NCBI GenBank assembly: GCA_947627505.1
Contig: CANQWG010000005.1
Location: forward strand, 1-52,641
DNA length: 52,641 bases
Source: an uncultured Bacilli bacterium
GTDB lineage: Bacteria; Bacillota_I; Bacilli_A; RFN20; CAG-449
Direction of reading: 5' to 3'
Of the stretch, positions 7,822-17,499 are shown one piece after another. The notes under the pieces were generated by a model. It worked only from the letters and a program-made list of their open reading frames with translations, searched no databases and was not told where the DNA came from. The position numbers and the translations under genes were made by a program. How positions within the stretch are numbered: position 1 is the stretch's first letter; the number at the start of each line of letters is the position of its first letter.

Positions 7822-9792
7822 ATGAAGAAAAAGGCTATTTTTACTTTACTCGCACTTTTGAGCTTAGGTGCCTGTACTAATCCGGAAGTTAATTCTTCTG
7901 GGGAAACCTCTTTGGGACAGTCGTCCGATACGTCTCAAAGCAATCTTGATTCATCTCAAGAAACTTCTGATTTAAGCTCAAGTTTTGATAGTGATTCAAC
8001 TTTCACTAGTAGTTCTTCAAGTGAAACTTCTGAAGCACCGATCAAAACATGGGGTGAAGAAGAACAACAAACCATGAAAGAGCATTTATATGGTGAAGTT
8101 TTACCATATATTGATCTTGAAGAAGTATTAGTGGAGTACGATGAAGAATATGAAGAATTAGACATTCTCGGTTTCGATCAAGTGACGCAAGAGGATTTAC
8201 AAGCATATGCTTCCTTATTTATCGAAAATGATTGGGAAGATGCTTCTGATTTATATGAATCGTTACCGGATAATATTTATGTCTTTGAAAAAATTGTTCA
8301 AACTGATGAAGGGAAGCGGTTTATTGATGTACAATTTTACGCTATGGATGATTACTATGAACCCGCTGACACCGGTTATTTTGTTTTAATTGCATGGGAT
8401 CCTTATGAATATGAATTCCCTACAGACGAATTTGATATTGGTATTTTAGAGAATACTGGTTCTGAGTACCATGTCCCAGCATTTGAGGCTGAATATTACA
8501 TCCTTTCGACAGATTACTATGAAGTTTTATGTGTCACTTCGGATGCTGATGCAGAAACAAAATATACGGAAATCCTTCAAGAAGCTGAGTTTACTATCTT
8601 AGAAGAAAGAGATGAATATGGCTATCTAAATGCGATTTCTCCCGACGGAAAGTTCGCAGTTGCTTACGCATATGATTCTTATTTAGGCGGATTAGATATT
8701 TTACTAATAGAAGTTCCAGCCATGCCGACGCAACAATGGCCTAGTGAGGAGTTAGCGGAGGCTTTTCAAACCTATAATCAACCGGCTTTTACAATCCCTG
8801 AAATGACTTTCGAAGGAGCAATGTATCTCGGATATGAAAGTGATTCGAATTTACTTTATTATCTTAGAGATCAAAAGGATAAAATTAATTTTGTTATTGA
8901 AGTTAGTGGCGCTACCGTAGAAAATTTGAATTCTTATGTTGATCTATTGAAAACATCAGGATGGGTACTTGATGAAAGCAGTATGGCCGAATTAGGTGAT
9001 GGAACCAAAATATTGACAAAAGAAATAGATGATAAGATTGCCAAAATCGATTTATCTTTAGCTACTGATATGGCCATCATCCACGTTTATTTATTCTTAC
9101 AAGAAAAACCTGTAGAAGCTTGGCCACTTGATGAAATCAAAGCCTGCCTTGGTGATGAATACATCACTGATGTAGTTCCTGCTTACGATGGCAAAAAAGC
9201 TACAGGATATCAAGTTCATGAAGCCGGATTTTTTAACGAAGCTTACGTAGAAATTTTAGTTGCCGAAGGTGATGAAGATGAGGTGTTGCAAGCTTATCAA
9301 TCAGTGCTTACTACTAGTGGATTTACTCCTTATGATAAAGGAGAAGAAAATGAATACCTTTCGCCTAATAAACAGTTAGTCATTCAATTGGCAAAACAAA
9401 ATGGGGCCGTTTACGTTTATTTCTACGCAGCAACCATTGAAGCGTGGCCGACAAACGTAGTAGATGGAGAATTTGCTAAGCACGCGTATACTGATTCATT
9501 ACCGGGATTATCGGATGTTACAGCTTCTTTCATTTATAAAATATCTCCATTCGGTTCCCCAGATGGATTTCAAATCGAAGTTACACCTGATAGTGATCCG
9601 GAAACCGCTGTTCAAGAATTAATTGACTCATATAAACAAATTTTAGAAACTGCCAACTTTACTTTATCAGAAAAAGATGATCCAGATCTTTCGGATGAAG
9701 TAATTTATGAATCTCCTAATAAGCAATACGAAGTGGAATTTTGGATTCAAGCACGTAGAACACTGGTTATTCTCATTAATCCGTTAAATTAA
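7822..9792 (+). CDS. Large acidic surface lipoprotein with Ser-rich linker and internal repeats
   Basis: LLSLGAC lipobox, Ser/Thr-rich stretch, about five W/F-P-initiated repeats; SD AAGGAGG. Confidence 0.85.
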   Translation: MKKKAIFTLLALLSLGACTNPEVNSSGETSLGQSSDTSQSNLDSSQETSDLSSSFDSDSTFTSSSSSETSEAPIKTWGEEEQQTMKEHLYGEVLPYIDLEEVLVEYDEEYEELDILGFDQVTQEDLQAYASLFIENDWEDASDLYESLPDNIYVFEKIVQTDEGKRFIDVQFYAMDDYYEPADTGYFVLIAWDPYEYEFPTDEFDIGILENTGSEYHVPAFEAEYYILSTDYYEVLCVTSDADAETKYTEILQEAEFTILEERDEYGYLNAISPDGKFAVAYAYDSYLGGLDILLIEVPAMPTQQWPSEELAEAFQTYNQPAFTIPEMTFEGAMYLGYESDSNLLYYLRDQKDKINFVIEVSGATVENLNSYVDLLKTSGWVLDESSMAELGDGTKILTKEIDDKIAKIDLSLATDMAIIHVYLFLQEKPVEAWPLDEIKACLGDEYITDVVPAYDGKKATGYQVHEAGFFNEAYVEILVAEGDEDEVLQAYQSVLTTSGFTPYDKGEENEYLSPNKQLVIQLAKQNGAVYVYFYAATIEAWPTNVVDGEFAKHAYTDSLPGLSDVTASFIYKISPFGSPDGFQIEVTPDSDPETAVQELIDSYKQILETANFTLSEKDDPDLSDEVIYESPNKQYEVEFWIQARRTLVILINPLN

Positions 9793-9815
9793 TTTGATCC
9801 ATAATAGCAAGTTTT

Positions 9816-9845
9816 AAGGACTAATATTCGTGTTAGTCCTTTTTG
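9816..9845 (+). terminator. Intrinsic terminator
   Basis: AAGGACTAA-tattcgtg-TTAGTCCTT plus T-run. Confidence 0.8.
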
Positions 9846-9878
9846 TTTTACAAATATAAGATAAAAAATTTTCAAAAT

Positions 9879-9900
9879 AAAAAAGGACTCATAGAGTCCT
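9879..9900 (-). terminator. Intrinsic terminator for the HIT gene
   Basis: AGGACTC-ata-GAGTCCT preceded by an A-run on +. Confidence 0.7.
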
Positions 9901-9930
9901 CTAATAGTTAATAGTTTTGTTTTTTAAATT

Positions 9931-10344
9931 TTATAAATTTTCGTTAATTTTATTGGCTATTGCCGGTAAGTTAATCTTTTCAATTGCCGCCGGTGTGAAT
10001 TCAACCTTCAAATTATCGTTAGAAGAGTAACGTGGAATTACATGAATGTGAAAATGCATCACAGTTTGCCCAGCTATTTCATTAGTATTGATAATAATAT
10101 TATTACCGGTCGCATGTAATGAAGTAATTTGTGATTGAGCAATTTTTTGTGCAACACTGATTGCTTTTGATAACAAGTCTTTTGGAACATATAAGAAATT
10201 TGCAAAATGCTCTTTGGTAATTACTAAAGTATGTCCTAGAGTAGTTTGACTGATATCTAAAAAAGCAAGTATTTCGTCATCTTCATAGACCTTATAACAA
10301 GGAATCTCACCTTTAACGATTTTACAAAAAATACAGTTATCCAT
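9931..10344 (-). CDS. hit: HIT-family nucleotide hydrolase
   Basis: CIFCKIVKGEIP, GHTLVI, AGQTVMHFHIHVIPR histidine triad. Confidence 0.95.
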   Translation of the reverse strand: MDNCIFCKIVKGEIPCYKVYEDDEILAFLDISQTTLGHTLVITKEHFANFLYVPKDLLSKAISVAQKIAQSQITSLHATGNNIIINTNEIAGQTVMHFHIHVIPRYSSNDNLKVEFTPAAIEKINLPAIANKINENL

Positions 10345-10364
10345 AAGTTTTCTCCCATAATAAT

Positions 10365-10386
10365 AAAAGGAGGAAATCCTCCTTTT
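10365..10386. terminator. Hairpin, terminator-like in both directions
   Basis: AAAAGGAGGA-aa-TCCTCCTTTT. Confidence 0.55.
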
Positions 10387-10397
10387 ATAAATTTTAA

Positions 10398-11870
10398 TTA
10401 TTCTTCTTCATCGAAGACTTCGCCATAAGTGCTATCAATGTAATCATAGAATGCTTGATCATGAATCTCAATGTTAAATTCTTTGAGATAGTGAATGATT
10501 GCATCTCTTTTATTTGTTGAATTGTCAGCAAGGATTTCAGCGATTTCAACAGCATTGGCTAACATAGCTTTATCGTCATTTTTCACGGCATCGTCGAATA
10601 CTGTTGAATTGTATACATCTTCGATAATGACTACATATCGAGTGCCAGTACTTGAATCATAATGAACGATTTTACTAGCGAGGTTACCATTGTTTTCAGT
10701 TTTTGCCGGAGTCAAGAATTTGATTCCGTTAACTTCTTTAATAAAGCCACTTGATTCTCTATCGACACGGCTTGAGAAGATTCGATCAGTGATGGAACTT
10801 GGAAGATCGTTTATACCATTGTTTCTAATATAGAGATCATCTTGAACGAATTCTTTCTTCGCTAAATCTCTCTTGGCTAATTCATAACCATATTCAACAG
10901 AGTAGCTATAACTATTAGTATATTTTGCTTCGAGACTATCGTCAGTAGCTTTAACATCTTTCATTTTCCATTCGCCATCATCATCGCGTACTGGATTTCC
11001 TTCAACATCAGTTTCGACAATCTTAGCGATTTCTTCTTCGATTTGATCGGCTAAAGTATAAAGATTGTTATTTTTGATAAAAGCTTTTTCTTCATCGCTA
11101 GTATTCACACCGCGCCAAATGTTTGATAAAGCGTTTAAATCAAATTTAGCATTTTTATCTTCTTTAGCTTTGTTTTCAAAGTCATTTATAAAAGCATTGA
11201 TAGTTCTAGCAGCTTCACCATTATGAGTGTCGATTTCTTGCAAAGCGATGTATTTAACGCGACGAGCGTTTGATTTTCCAAGGTTTGAGAAATCTTCATC
11301 GTAAAGATATTTGGCGGTCAATTCAGAAATCAATACTTCTTGTTTGATGCTTCTTTCAATATAATCATTATAATCATAATGGAAAATAGCATTGTATTCT
11401 TCTTCAACAGTTTCATATTCATCGGAAGGGAGAAGCAAGTAGTTATCATTGGCTTCTTTTTCTCCAACTTTCTTTATATCATATAAGGAAGATTTTAATT
11501 CGTTGATCAATTTTGTCTCTTGAAACAAACCATCGACGTCGTAACTTCCGGATTTGACTTTATCAATCATCTTTTGTTGACAAAGTTCTTTAATATGAGC
11601 TTCAGTAGTGAACGAATTGCTATAGATTCCTTTTTCTTCATCTTTAGCAATCATTTCAAGAAGAGCATTGAGAATTGTAGAATTGCTAGTTCCAGCATCT
11701 ACTAATTGATCGTAAATTGTTTGATAGTCGTTGCGGAAGTAATCGCCTGAGGCGCCCGAAAAATTAACAAGCGGATCATCGACATTTCCGGGTTTAGCTT
11801 CAACAGTTGCTGAACAGCCGACCAATAATAAGGAAGCGGCTAACGCGAATAAGATATTTTTCTTTTTCAT
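10398..11870 (-). CDS. Lipoprotein, possible degenerate PrsA-like paralogue
   Basis: Start moved to MKKKNILF (SD AAGGAG); LLVGC lipobox; lies directly downstream of the PrsA-like gene. Confidence 0.75.
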   Translation of the reverse strand: MKKKNILFALAASLLLVGCSATVEAKPGNVDDPLVNFSGASGDYFRNDYQTIYDQLVDAGTSNSTILNALLEMIAKDEEKGIYSNSFTTEAHIKELCQQKMIDKVKSGSYDVDGLFQETKLINELKSSLYDIKKVGEKEANDNYLLLPSDEYETVEEEYNAIFHYDYNDYIERSIKQEVLISELTAKYLYDEDFSNLGKSNARRVKYIALQEIDTHNGEAARTINAFINDFENKAKEDKNAKFDLNALSNIWRGVNTSDEEKAFIKNNNLYTLADQIEEEIAKIVETDVEGNPVRDDDGEWKMKDVKATDDSLEAKYTNSYSYSVEYGYELAKRDLAKKEFVQDDLYIRNNGINDLPSSITDRIFSSRVDRESSGFIKEVNGIKFLTPAKTENNGNLASKIVHYDSSTGTRYVVIIEDVYNSTVFDDAVKNDDKAMLANAVEIAEILADNSTNKRDAIIHYLKEFNIEIHDQAFYDYIDSTYGEVFDEEE

Positions 11871-11877
11871 AATTCCA

Positions 11878-13575
11878 TTACTCCTTATTGTCGTAGAACA
11901 AATGAATCTTGTCTTCACCGATTACTTTTGCATCCTTCATTGATTTTTGAAGAACTAATTTTCTAAGGTAAGCGGCCCAAGATGATAAATTGGATTGTTC
12001 TAAAGAATATTTGTTACTAAGAATCGCTTCTTCTTTATAATCAAGAATCAATTTTTTGATTTTGTCGTTAATCACGACATCGGATTTTTCGATTTCTTCT
12101 TTAAACATACGATATTCGATGCTTGAATCAAAACCTTTGACACTATTTTCGATGCTTTCGGCAGCTTCTTGATAAGTAGTTCTATCAGAGGCGATGAAAG
12201 TAACGAAACGTCTTTTGCCTTCGACATTTTCTCCAGTCGCCGGAATATCAGTTGAATAATAATCGAGAAGTTCGCCATCAGTTGCGGTTAACGGTGATTG
12301 TTCAATGACGATAAAATGGATACCTTCATATCCTGAATCACCAGGAGTTCCGGCACGAGTAACAAGGATCGGATTACCATTTTCATCGCATAAAACTTCG
12401 TTATCTAATCCGTCAAATGTTTTGAAACGGGAATCAGATACAGTATATTGAGGATCAGTTGGTTTTACGATGAAACTAAGACCATGGTAGTTGAACCAAT
12501 TGTTAAAAACGATATTACGCGGATAGTAATCAGCATTACCATCTTCGATTTTTTCGTAAGTGTTAACGTTAGTTTCAACTTCGGCATACTTTTCTAAATC
12601 CATCGCTTTTTCATATGGGATGTAATTAATGTTGTCTTTGTTAAGAATGGAAGAAACTTTCAAATATTTGTCACCTTCGGTTTCATCGTTTGAAACAAAG
12701 ATATCTTGATCTCCAGGAATTCCCAATAAAGCTTTCTTTTCTGCAGAAACAGCATTGTTGAAAAGACCATCATATTGATAGACAGCATATTTAAATTCGC
12801 TTACAAATGATGTATCGCGATCCATGATGCCTAAGCTACCAAAGTTGTTAGCGGAACTTTTGTCTCCTGAATTATCATCGCTTTCGGTTTTGGCAACATT
12901 ACCGAAAGTGACTAGGTCACTCGATAAAAGTTTAATGACACGAGCGATTTTTTTAGCGTCATCCTTAGAAATCTTTCCATTGTAGAAACTAGAATCAGCA
13001 CTGACTTTGACAAGAATGTGCTTGATGTGATACGGAGTTTTTGTGTTGAAATATTCGAGCGATAATTTTTCAAACATCGATATCGCTTCGGCTTCTTTAC
13101 CTTCGGTTTTGACAACTTTAGTATCGGTCATTTTGTCATAATAATTTTCTTCGAATTTTTTCTTTTGCTCTTTTAAAATGTAAAGTTCGCGTAATTGATC
13201 GAGATCTTCGACACCTTCACCGATTAGAGCATTTGAAAGTTCAGTTCTATAACTAGTTCCGTTGTTGTTAGCTGCGACAGTGGCTAATCTTGTAAAATCA
13301 TCGATTTGTGTATTTACAGTATTTTCGATTGTGGCAGTAACAGGAACAGCGTGGCGAACCAAAACGTCATAGATTGCGTTATAATACGCTGCAGCACCGG
13401 TTGTTGTTTCACTGTAGTTGTCAAACAACTCTTCTGCAGTGTAATTTTTATTACCAATCGATACGATTACATCACGACCGGCATCATCTTTTTTTCCTGT
13501 GAGAGAATCACAAGAAACAAGAGCTCCGAGCGTTAGACAACCAGTCATGGATAACATCAGTAAACGTTTGTTCAT
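11878..13575 (-). CDS. PrsA-like parvulin-type foldase lipoprotein (extended)
   Basis: LVSC lipobox; YHIKHILVK...FGNVAKTESDD...SSANNFGSLG...FVSEFKYAVY parvulin motifs. Confidence 0.75.
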   Translation of the reverse strand: MNKRLLMLSMTGCLTLGALVSCDSLTGKKDDAGRDVIVSIGNKNYTAEELFDNYSETTTGAAAYYNAIYDVLVRHAVPVTATIENTVNTQIDDFTRLATVAANNNGTSYRTELSNALIGEGVEDLDQLRELYILKEQKKKFEENYYDKMTDTKVVKTEGKEAEAISMFEKLSLEYFNTKTPYHIKHILVKVSADSSFYNGKISKDDAKKIARVIKLLSSDLVTFGNVAKTESDDNSGDKSSANNFGSLGIMDRDTSFVSEFKYAVYQYDGLFNNAVSAEKKALLGIPGDQDIFVSNDETEGDKYLKVSSILNKDNINYIPYEKAMDLEKYAEVETNVNTYEKIEDGNADYYPRNIVFNNWFNYHGLSFIVKPTDPQYTVSDSRFKTFDGLDNEVLCDENGNPILVTRAGTPGDSGYEGIHFIVIEQSPLTATDGELLDYYSTDIPATGENVEGKRRFVTFIASDRTTYQEAAESIENSVKGFDSSIEYRMFKEEIEKSDVVINDKIKKLILDYKEEAILSNKYSLEQSNLSSWAAYLRKLVLQKSMKDAKVIGEDKIHLFYDNKE

Positions 13576-13771
13576 GGTTGTTTTTTCCTCCTTCTATAAA
13601 AATATAGCATAAGTATTTTACAATACGGCACTTTTCATTTCAATATAAAAAAATCAAATGCAAAAAAAATTAAAACCGATATTTTTGGGCATCTGAGATA
13701 CTTTTTTTTAACGACTGAGAACATGTTTTTTGAAGTTGCATAATATATCGTGAAAACAAAGGAGGTCGACT

Positions 13772-13879
13772 ATGAATCAAAGCATGGGATACCAACCCGC
13801 ATCGACGACTAATTTCTTTGCGTTTATACTCATTTTGTTTATCTTAATAGCCATCATTGGTTGTATGTGCCAAGGCTAA
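13772..13879 (+). CDS. YjcZ/SscA-family small sporulation membrane protein (35 aa)
   Basis: SD AAGGAGG; MNQSMGYQPASTTNFFAFILILFILIAIIGCMCQG matches the FAxIxVLFILLxIxG pattern. Confidence 0.8.
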   Translation: MNQSMGYQPASTTNFFAFILILFILIAIIGCMCQG

Positions 13880-13896
13880 AAAGGAGGTGCGTTTAA

Positions 13897-13992
13897 ATGA
13901 ATGGTAATAACACTTTTGCGATTATTTTAGTTTTATTCATCCTACTCGTCATTGTCGGTTGCGGCGGCTGGTTTGGAAGTTGCGGTTTTTAG
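13897..13992 (+). CDS. YjcZ/SscA-family small sporulation membrane protein (31 aa)
   Basis: SD AAGGAGGTG; MNGNNTFAIILVLFILLVIVGCGGWFGSCGF. Confidence 0.85.
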   Translation: MNGNNTFAIILVLFILLVIVGCGGWFGSCGF

Positions 13993-13997
13993 TTCTT

Positions 13998-14030
13998 AGG
14001 GGCAAAGTTTAAGCTTTGCTCTTTTTTTTT
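13998..14030 (+). terminator. Intrinsic terminator after the YjcZ pair
   Basis: GGGCAAAG...CTTTGCTC hairpin plus T9. Confidence 0.8.
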
Positions 14031-14160
14031 GTTTTTTATCATCCTAGTTGCATTTTTGACCAAAATATTTAAAGATATTCGCGAGCAGTTAATTTTTCCA
14101 AAAAATTGTACTGCGTCAGTTAATAGTGTAAAATAATAGCAATAAGGAGACAAAAAACTT

Positions 14161-14988
14161 ATGAAATCGCTGATTGTTGAAAATCTCCACGTGAGTGTTG
14201 ACGATAAAGAAATTCTTAAAGGAGTAAACTTAGAGATCAAAGAAAATGAGGTGGTGGCTTTACTTGGCCCTAATGGACATGGTAAATCAACTTTATTAGC
14301 CGCGATTATGGGTAATCCTCGTTATCGTGTTACCGAAGGAAAAATTCTTTTAAACGACGAAGATGTTTTAAAAATGTCGGTTGATGAAAGAGCTAAGCAT
14401 GGCTTGTTTTTAGGAATGCAATATCCAAGTGAAGTGCCTGGAGTAGTCAATTCGGATTTTTTAAAGTCGGCGATTAATAGTCGCCGCGAAAAACCGATTG
14501 GTATATACGAGTTTTATCGACAATTGGAAGCCGCCTCTAAGAAAATGAACATTTCGATGAGTATGGCTAGCCGTTTTCTTAATGAAGGTTTTTCTGGTGG
14601 TGAAAAGAAAAGAAATGAAATTTTGCAAATGCTCCTTTTAAAACCGGATTTTGCAATGCTCGATGAAATCGACTCCGGACTTGATGTGGATGCTTTAAAT
14701 TGTGTCTCCGATGCGATAAATGATTTAAAAAAGGAATCGCTTATTTCATTTTTGGTGGTGTCGCACTATGCGCGTTTATACCAATTAATTAAGCCGACAC
14801 GAGTAGCGATTATGGTTAATGGGAAAATTGCTTTAGAAGGTGGTCCGGAAATTATTTCAAGAATCGATAAAGACGGATATGAATGGCTTAAATATGAAAA
14901 AGGCATTGAAATTCAAAAAGAAGATCAAGTTGCAATGCGCAGTACTTCAATTGGTTCATGTGCCGTAAAAGAAGCAATCAAGAAATAG
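14161..14988 (+). CDS. sufC: Fe-S cluster assembly ATPase
   Basis: GPNGHGKST, NEGFSGGEKKRNEILQ, LDEIDSGLDVDAL. Confidence 0.96.
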   Translation: MKSLIVENLHVSVDDKEILKGVNLEIKENEVVALLGPNGHGKSTLLAAIMGNPRYRVTEGKILLNDEDVLKMSVDERAKHGLFLGMQYPSEVPGVVNSDFLKSAINSRREKPIGIYEFYRQLEAASKKMNISMSMASRFLNEGFSGGEKKRNEILQMLLLKPDFAMLDEIDSGLDVDALNCVSDAINDLKKESLISFLVVSHYARLYQLIKPTRVAIMVNGKIALEGGPEIISRIDKDGYEWLKYEKGIEIQKEDQVAMRSTSIGSCAVKEAIKK

Positions 14989-14996
14989 GTGAACCT

Positions 14997-15842
14997 ATGA
15001 TAGACATTTTAAATGAAAACTGGGATTCTAAAACAATTAAAAAGAGCGTTAATAACGATAAATTAACCCTTTCTTTTAGTAGGAATTCAACTGTTGACGG
15101 ATACTTGAATGTAGATGATTGCGCTCAATCTCAAATAGAGATAATTTGCGATGAAGAAGCAAATATAAAAATCGTTCAAATCGGTTCCAAAGATGCAAAT
15201 TTCAATGTTATTCTTAAAGAAAAAAGTTGCTTAAAATTAGAAATTTGTTCTTTAGATTCTAGCAATAAAAGAGGTTACAAATTCGAATTATTAGATAGTG
15301 CAAACTTATTGTGTGCCTATGCAGATTTTTGCACCGGTATCGAAGATATCGATGTTTTGATTTCTCTTAAAGAACCTAATGCTAGAGCTTTATGGCACCT
15401 TGCTACTTTAGCCGGTAAAAATGATCAAAAAACTATGAAAGTTTCTTTCGATCATTGTGCAGTAAACACTTATTCAGAAATGAATAATTACGGAGTGTGC
15501 AAAGATGCATCGAAAATTTCGTTTTTGGGAACTTCGAAAATTGAAAATAAAGCCAGTAAATCTGCCGCTCATCAAAATGCGCGAATTATGGTTTTTGATG
15601 AAAAATGCCGTGCTGAAGCGGATCCGATTTTGTGCATTGACGAAAACGATGTCGAAGCTAGTCACGCCGCAGTAGTCGGAAAAATAAATGAAGATCATCT
15701 ATTTTATCTTTGTTCTCGTGGACTAAGTGAAGAAGATGCTAAAAGATTGATTACTCTTGGATATTTGAATCCGATTATTGAATATTTTGATGATCAAAGA
15801 ATAAAAGAAGACATCGCTAATGCGATCATAAAGAAGGTGTAA
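14997..15842 (+). CDS. sufD: Fe-S cluster assembly protein SufD
   Basis: ADPILCIDENDVEASHAAVVG, LFYLCSRGLSEEDA; operon position. Confidence 0.9.
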   Translation: MIDILNENWDSKTIKKSVNNDKLTLSFSRNSTVDGYLNVDDCAQSQIEIICDEEANIKIVQIGSKDANFNVILKEKSCLKLEICSLDSSNKRGYKFELLDSANLLCAYADFCTGIEDIDVLISLKEPNARALWHLATLAGKNDQKTMKVSFDHCAVNTYSEMNNYGVCKDASKISFLGTSKIENKASKSAAHQNARIMVFDEKCRAEADPILCIDENDVEASHAAVVGKINEDHLFYLCSRGLSEEDAKRLITLGYLNPIIEYFDDQRIKEDIANAIIKKV

Positions 15843-15845
15843 TTT

Positions 15846-17078
15846 ATGTTTGATGTACAACAAATAAGAAAAGACTTTCCGATGCTACGAGGCCTTACGA
15901 TGCAGGGACATCCATTAGTCTATCTGGATAATGCTGCGACTTCTTTTAAACCTTATTGTGTTTTAAAGGCCATTGAAAATTATTATTATAACTGCACATC
16001 TAATTCGCATCGTGCCGATTACGATTTGTCACAGCAAGTTGATGAACTTTATGAAGGAGCGAGGAGTAAAGTTGCAAAATTTATCGGAGCAAAAAAATCG
16101 GAAATCGTTTTTACTTCAGGAGCTTCAATGTCACTTAATCTTGTTGCTTATGGTTGGGGAATAAAATATTTAAAACCGGAAGATGAAATTTTATTGACTG
16201 AAGCCGAACACGCTTCAAATATTTTACCTTGGTTTAAGGTAGCGGAAGTTACCGGATGTAAAATAAAATATATTCCTCTTGATGAAAAAGGTAAATTAAC
16301 CCCTGAAAATGTCAGTAAAACGATTACTAAAAATACCAAAGTTATCTCCGTCGCTCAAGTGACTAACGTTATGGGATATGTAATTGATATTAAAGCGATT
16401 GCAAAAATCGCTCATCAATTTGGCGCTATTATTGTGGTGGATGGAGCACAAAGTGTTCCCCATATGAAAATTGATGTAAAAGATTTGGATTGTGATTTTC
16501 TTTGTTTTAGCGGACATAAGATGTGTGGCCCTACCGGAATTGGAGTTCTATATGGCAAATATCAATTGTTAGATTGTATGGATCCTTTGTTAACGGGTGG
16601 TGGAATGAACACGCGTTTTGACATGTGTGGCGATGTCGGGCTACAAATTCCGCCTTTAAAATTTGAAGCCGGAACTCAAAATATCGAAGGGGCGCTCGGC
16701 TTGGCGGCTGCTATTGAATATCTTGAAAAAATCGGTATGGATGAAATTGCAAAATATGAGTTTGAATTGCGACAATATATGATTGATAAAATGAAAGAAA
16801 TTGAGGGTATAACAATATACAATCCAACAGCCGATTCGGGAATTGTGACCTTTAACTTAAAGGGTGTTTTTGCTCAAGATGCAGCCTCATTATTAAATTC
16901 TAAAGGTGTCTGTGTTCGTTCAGGACAACACTGTGCTAAAATCTTAATGGAATTTTTAAAGACGACGGCTACTTTAAGAGCTAGTCTTTATTTCTACAAC
17001 ACTAAAGAAGAAATAGATATCTTTGTTGAAGCATGTAAGAAAGGCGGTGATTTTCTCGATGCATTTTTCAATGACTAA
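15846..17078 (+). CDS. sufS: Cysteine desulfurase
   Basis: YLDNAATS, DGAQS, FSGHKMCGPTGIG, RSGQHCA. Confidence 0.96.
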   Translation: MFDVQQIRKDFPMLRGLTMQGHPLVYLDNAATSFKPYCVLKAIENYYYNCTSNSHRADYDLSQQVDELYEGARSKVAKFIGAKKSEIVFTSGASMSLNLVAYGWGIKYLKPEDEILLTEAEHASNILPWFKVAEVTGCKIKYIPLDEKGKLTPENVSKTITKNTKVISVAQVTNVMGYVIDIKAIAKIAHQFGAIIVVDGAQSVPHMKIDVKDLDCDFLCFSGHKMCGPTGIGVLYGKYQLLDCMDPLLTGGGMNTRFDMCGDVGLQIPPLKFEAGTQNIEGALGLAAAIEYLEKIGMDEIAKYEFELRQYMIDKMKEIEGITIYNPTADSGIVTFNLKGVFAQDAASLLNSKGVCVRSGQHCAKILMEFLKTTATLRASLYFYNTKEEIDIFVEACKKGGDFLDAFFND

Positions 17079-17499
17079 TGAGATGATGCGGGAAATCATC
17101 ATGGATCATTATCAAAATCCAAGAAATAAAAGAGAAGCAACAAGTGAAGATTATCAAACAATTTATATGGACTCCACTTCGTGTATTGATAAAATTTATA
17201 TCCAAGTGAAAATTGAAAACGATCGACTTGTAGATGTTTGTTGGCATGGAATCGGTTGTGCGATTTCAACGGCGTCTACCTCAATTATGACGGAACTTTT
17301 AAAAGGTAAAATGGTTAACGAAGCTAAAAATATTATCGCTAATTATAAGAAGATGATTCACGAAGAAGAATATGATCCGGAAATTCTTGATGAGGCGATA
17401 GTTTTTATGAATACTTCTAAGCAAGCAGCGAGAATCAAATGCGCGACGATTGGATGGAATGGAGTCAATAAAATCTTAGGAGCTGATGACGATGAGTGA
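17071..17499 (+). CDS. sufU: SufU sulfurtransferase/scaffold
   Basis: [31 protein letters not shown]. Confidence 0.93.
   Translation: MTNEMMREIIMDHYQNPRNKREATSEDYQTIYMDSTSCIDKIYIQVKIENDRLVDVCWHGIGCAISTASTSIMTELLKGKMVNEAKNIIANYKKMIHEEEYDPEILDEAIVFMNTSKQAARIKCATIGWNGVNKILGADDDE

Noticed and set aside
13989-14240. Short antisense or overlapping ORFs in the track (this one, 26356-26796, 42611-42985, 50649-51044, 52211-52501 and similar)
   Set aside because: Shadows of well-supported genes, with no recognisable motifs
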